A stretch of 64,000 nt of DNA from Elusimicrobia bacterium GWF2_62_30 (GTDB lineage Bacteria > Elusimicrobiota > Elusimicrobia > Elusimicrobiales > UBA9959), in contig MGUK01000007.1 of the NCBI GenBank assembly GCA_001799995.1, forward strand, positions 25,927 through 89,926, given 5' to 3'. Positions 63,350-64,000 of this stretch are shown piece after piece (the first letter of the stretch is position 1; the number at the start of each line of letters is the position of its first letter). Made by a program: the position numbers and the translations under genes. A model generated the notes under the pieces. It did no database searches. It was not told where the DNA came from and saw nothing but the letters and a program-made list of their open reading frames with translations.

Positions 63350-64000
63350 TCAATAGAACCCGTGCGGGTCGGCCTCGAGGAAAAGCTTCACGCCCGGCAC
63401 GGCCGGCAGAGCGCCGGCTTTTTCCAGGCAGAGCATGGCCGTTCTCTCGGAGGCGGCCTTGACGAGGTAATACTCGCTGTGGAATTTGCGCTTTTCCTCG
63501 CCCGGCTGGGTGACCGGCCCCAGTATTTCGCTGCCGTCGCCGTGCTTGCCCATGAAAGAAAGGGACCTGAGGAAAGCGGCCGCCGCGGCGTCCAGGGCGC
63601 GGCGGTCGTAAGACGCGAACCGCGCTTTGACTATGAAAGAATACGGGGGGTAGAAGAAATCTTTGCGCGCGGCCAGTTCGCCGTCGGCGAAAGAAGGATA
63701 GTCCATTTCCGCCAGCCGCGAAAAGACATAGTGACCGCTCTCGCGGGTCTGGATGAAGAGCTGGCCTTTGGCGCCCAGCAGCCGCCAGGCCCCGTAGAAA
63801 CCGCGGTAGGCCTTTTCCGATGCGCGGAAGTCGGCGCTGGAAAGTTCGGAGTCCGCGTCGATGAACGCGACCAGCGCCAGGCGCGGGGCGCCCAGTTCGC
63901 GCAGGGCGATGCGCGTGCCGACCAGCACTTCGCTTTCTCCCTTGGAGAAACTTTCGAGGTCGGCCCGCATCGCTTTAAGCGAACCGCGCAGCACGTCGCC
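63350..64000 (-). CDS. priA: Primosomal protein N' (PriA helicase), C-terminal part; gene runs off the right edge
   Basis: LVGTRIALRELGAPRLALVAFIDADSELSSADFRASEKAYR... matches the PriA helicase C-domain/C-terminal region. The frame is open to position 64000. Confidence 0.75.
   Translation of the reverse strand, partial: GDVLRGSLKAMRADLESFSKGESEVLVGTRIALRELGAPRLALVAFIDADSELSSADFRASEKAYRGFYGAWRLLGAKGQLFIQTRESGHYVFSRLAEMDYPSFADGELAARKDFFYPPYSFIVKARFASYDRRALDAAAAAFLRSLSFMGKHGDGSEILGPVTQPGEEKRKFHSEYYLVKAASERTAMLCLEKAGALPAVPGVKLFLEADPHGFY

Overview
This is a visibly GC-rich chromosomal segment from a diderm bacterium. The lineage cannot be assigned from sequence alone. It is densely packed, mostly with housekeeping genes. 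Left to right: rpsB (partial), a TMTC-like GT-C/TPR membrane protein, nadE, an Omp85-like barrel, glyQ-glyS, and recO. Next comes the origin-proximal-type block rpmH-rnpA-yidD-yidC-jag-mnmE-(membrane protein)-mnmG-rsmG. Then a dcw cluster: mraZ-rsmH-(small orf)-ftsL-ftsI-(LpoB/FlgO-like protein)-murE-murF // mraY-murD-ftsW-murG. That cluster is split between murF and mraY by an inverted pair of repeat elements plus an opposite-strand clostripain-like (C11) peptidase. After it come Ldh_2 dehydrogenase, an S1 protease, MarC, a second large membrane/TPR protein, a cupin, and an ABC-2 exporter with flavin reductase and S9 peptidase. A putative metal-associated cluster follows: MacB-type ABC, FMN_bind-like protein, porin, YtkA/FixH-like protein, a Cys/His/Met-rich HMBD protein and a Crp/Fnr regulator. 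The window ends with hisS, aspS, lipA, asnS, a tRNA-Ala locus, mltG, thpR, a FecR-like protein, tyrS and priA (partial). No CRISPR array, transposase, integrase or recognisable defence gene was seen. Two observations are the most unusual. (1) A family of 136-185 bp nested-palindrome intergenic elements occurs in four copies at three loci, with a conserved two-hairpin core and apparently compensatory stem changes. (2) At the tRNA-Ala(CGC) locus, one intact gene is flanked by three degenerate tRNA-Ala-derived units. Each carries a GC-rich hairpin insert of about 36-42 nt exactly at the anticodon-loop position, and that insert shares collinear motifs with the core of the interspersed elements. 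Many long antisense ORFs in the supplied track are GC-composition artefacts and were rejected.
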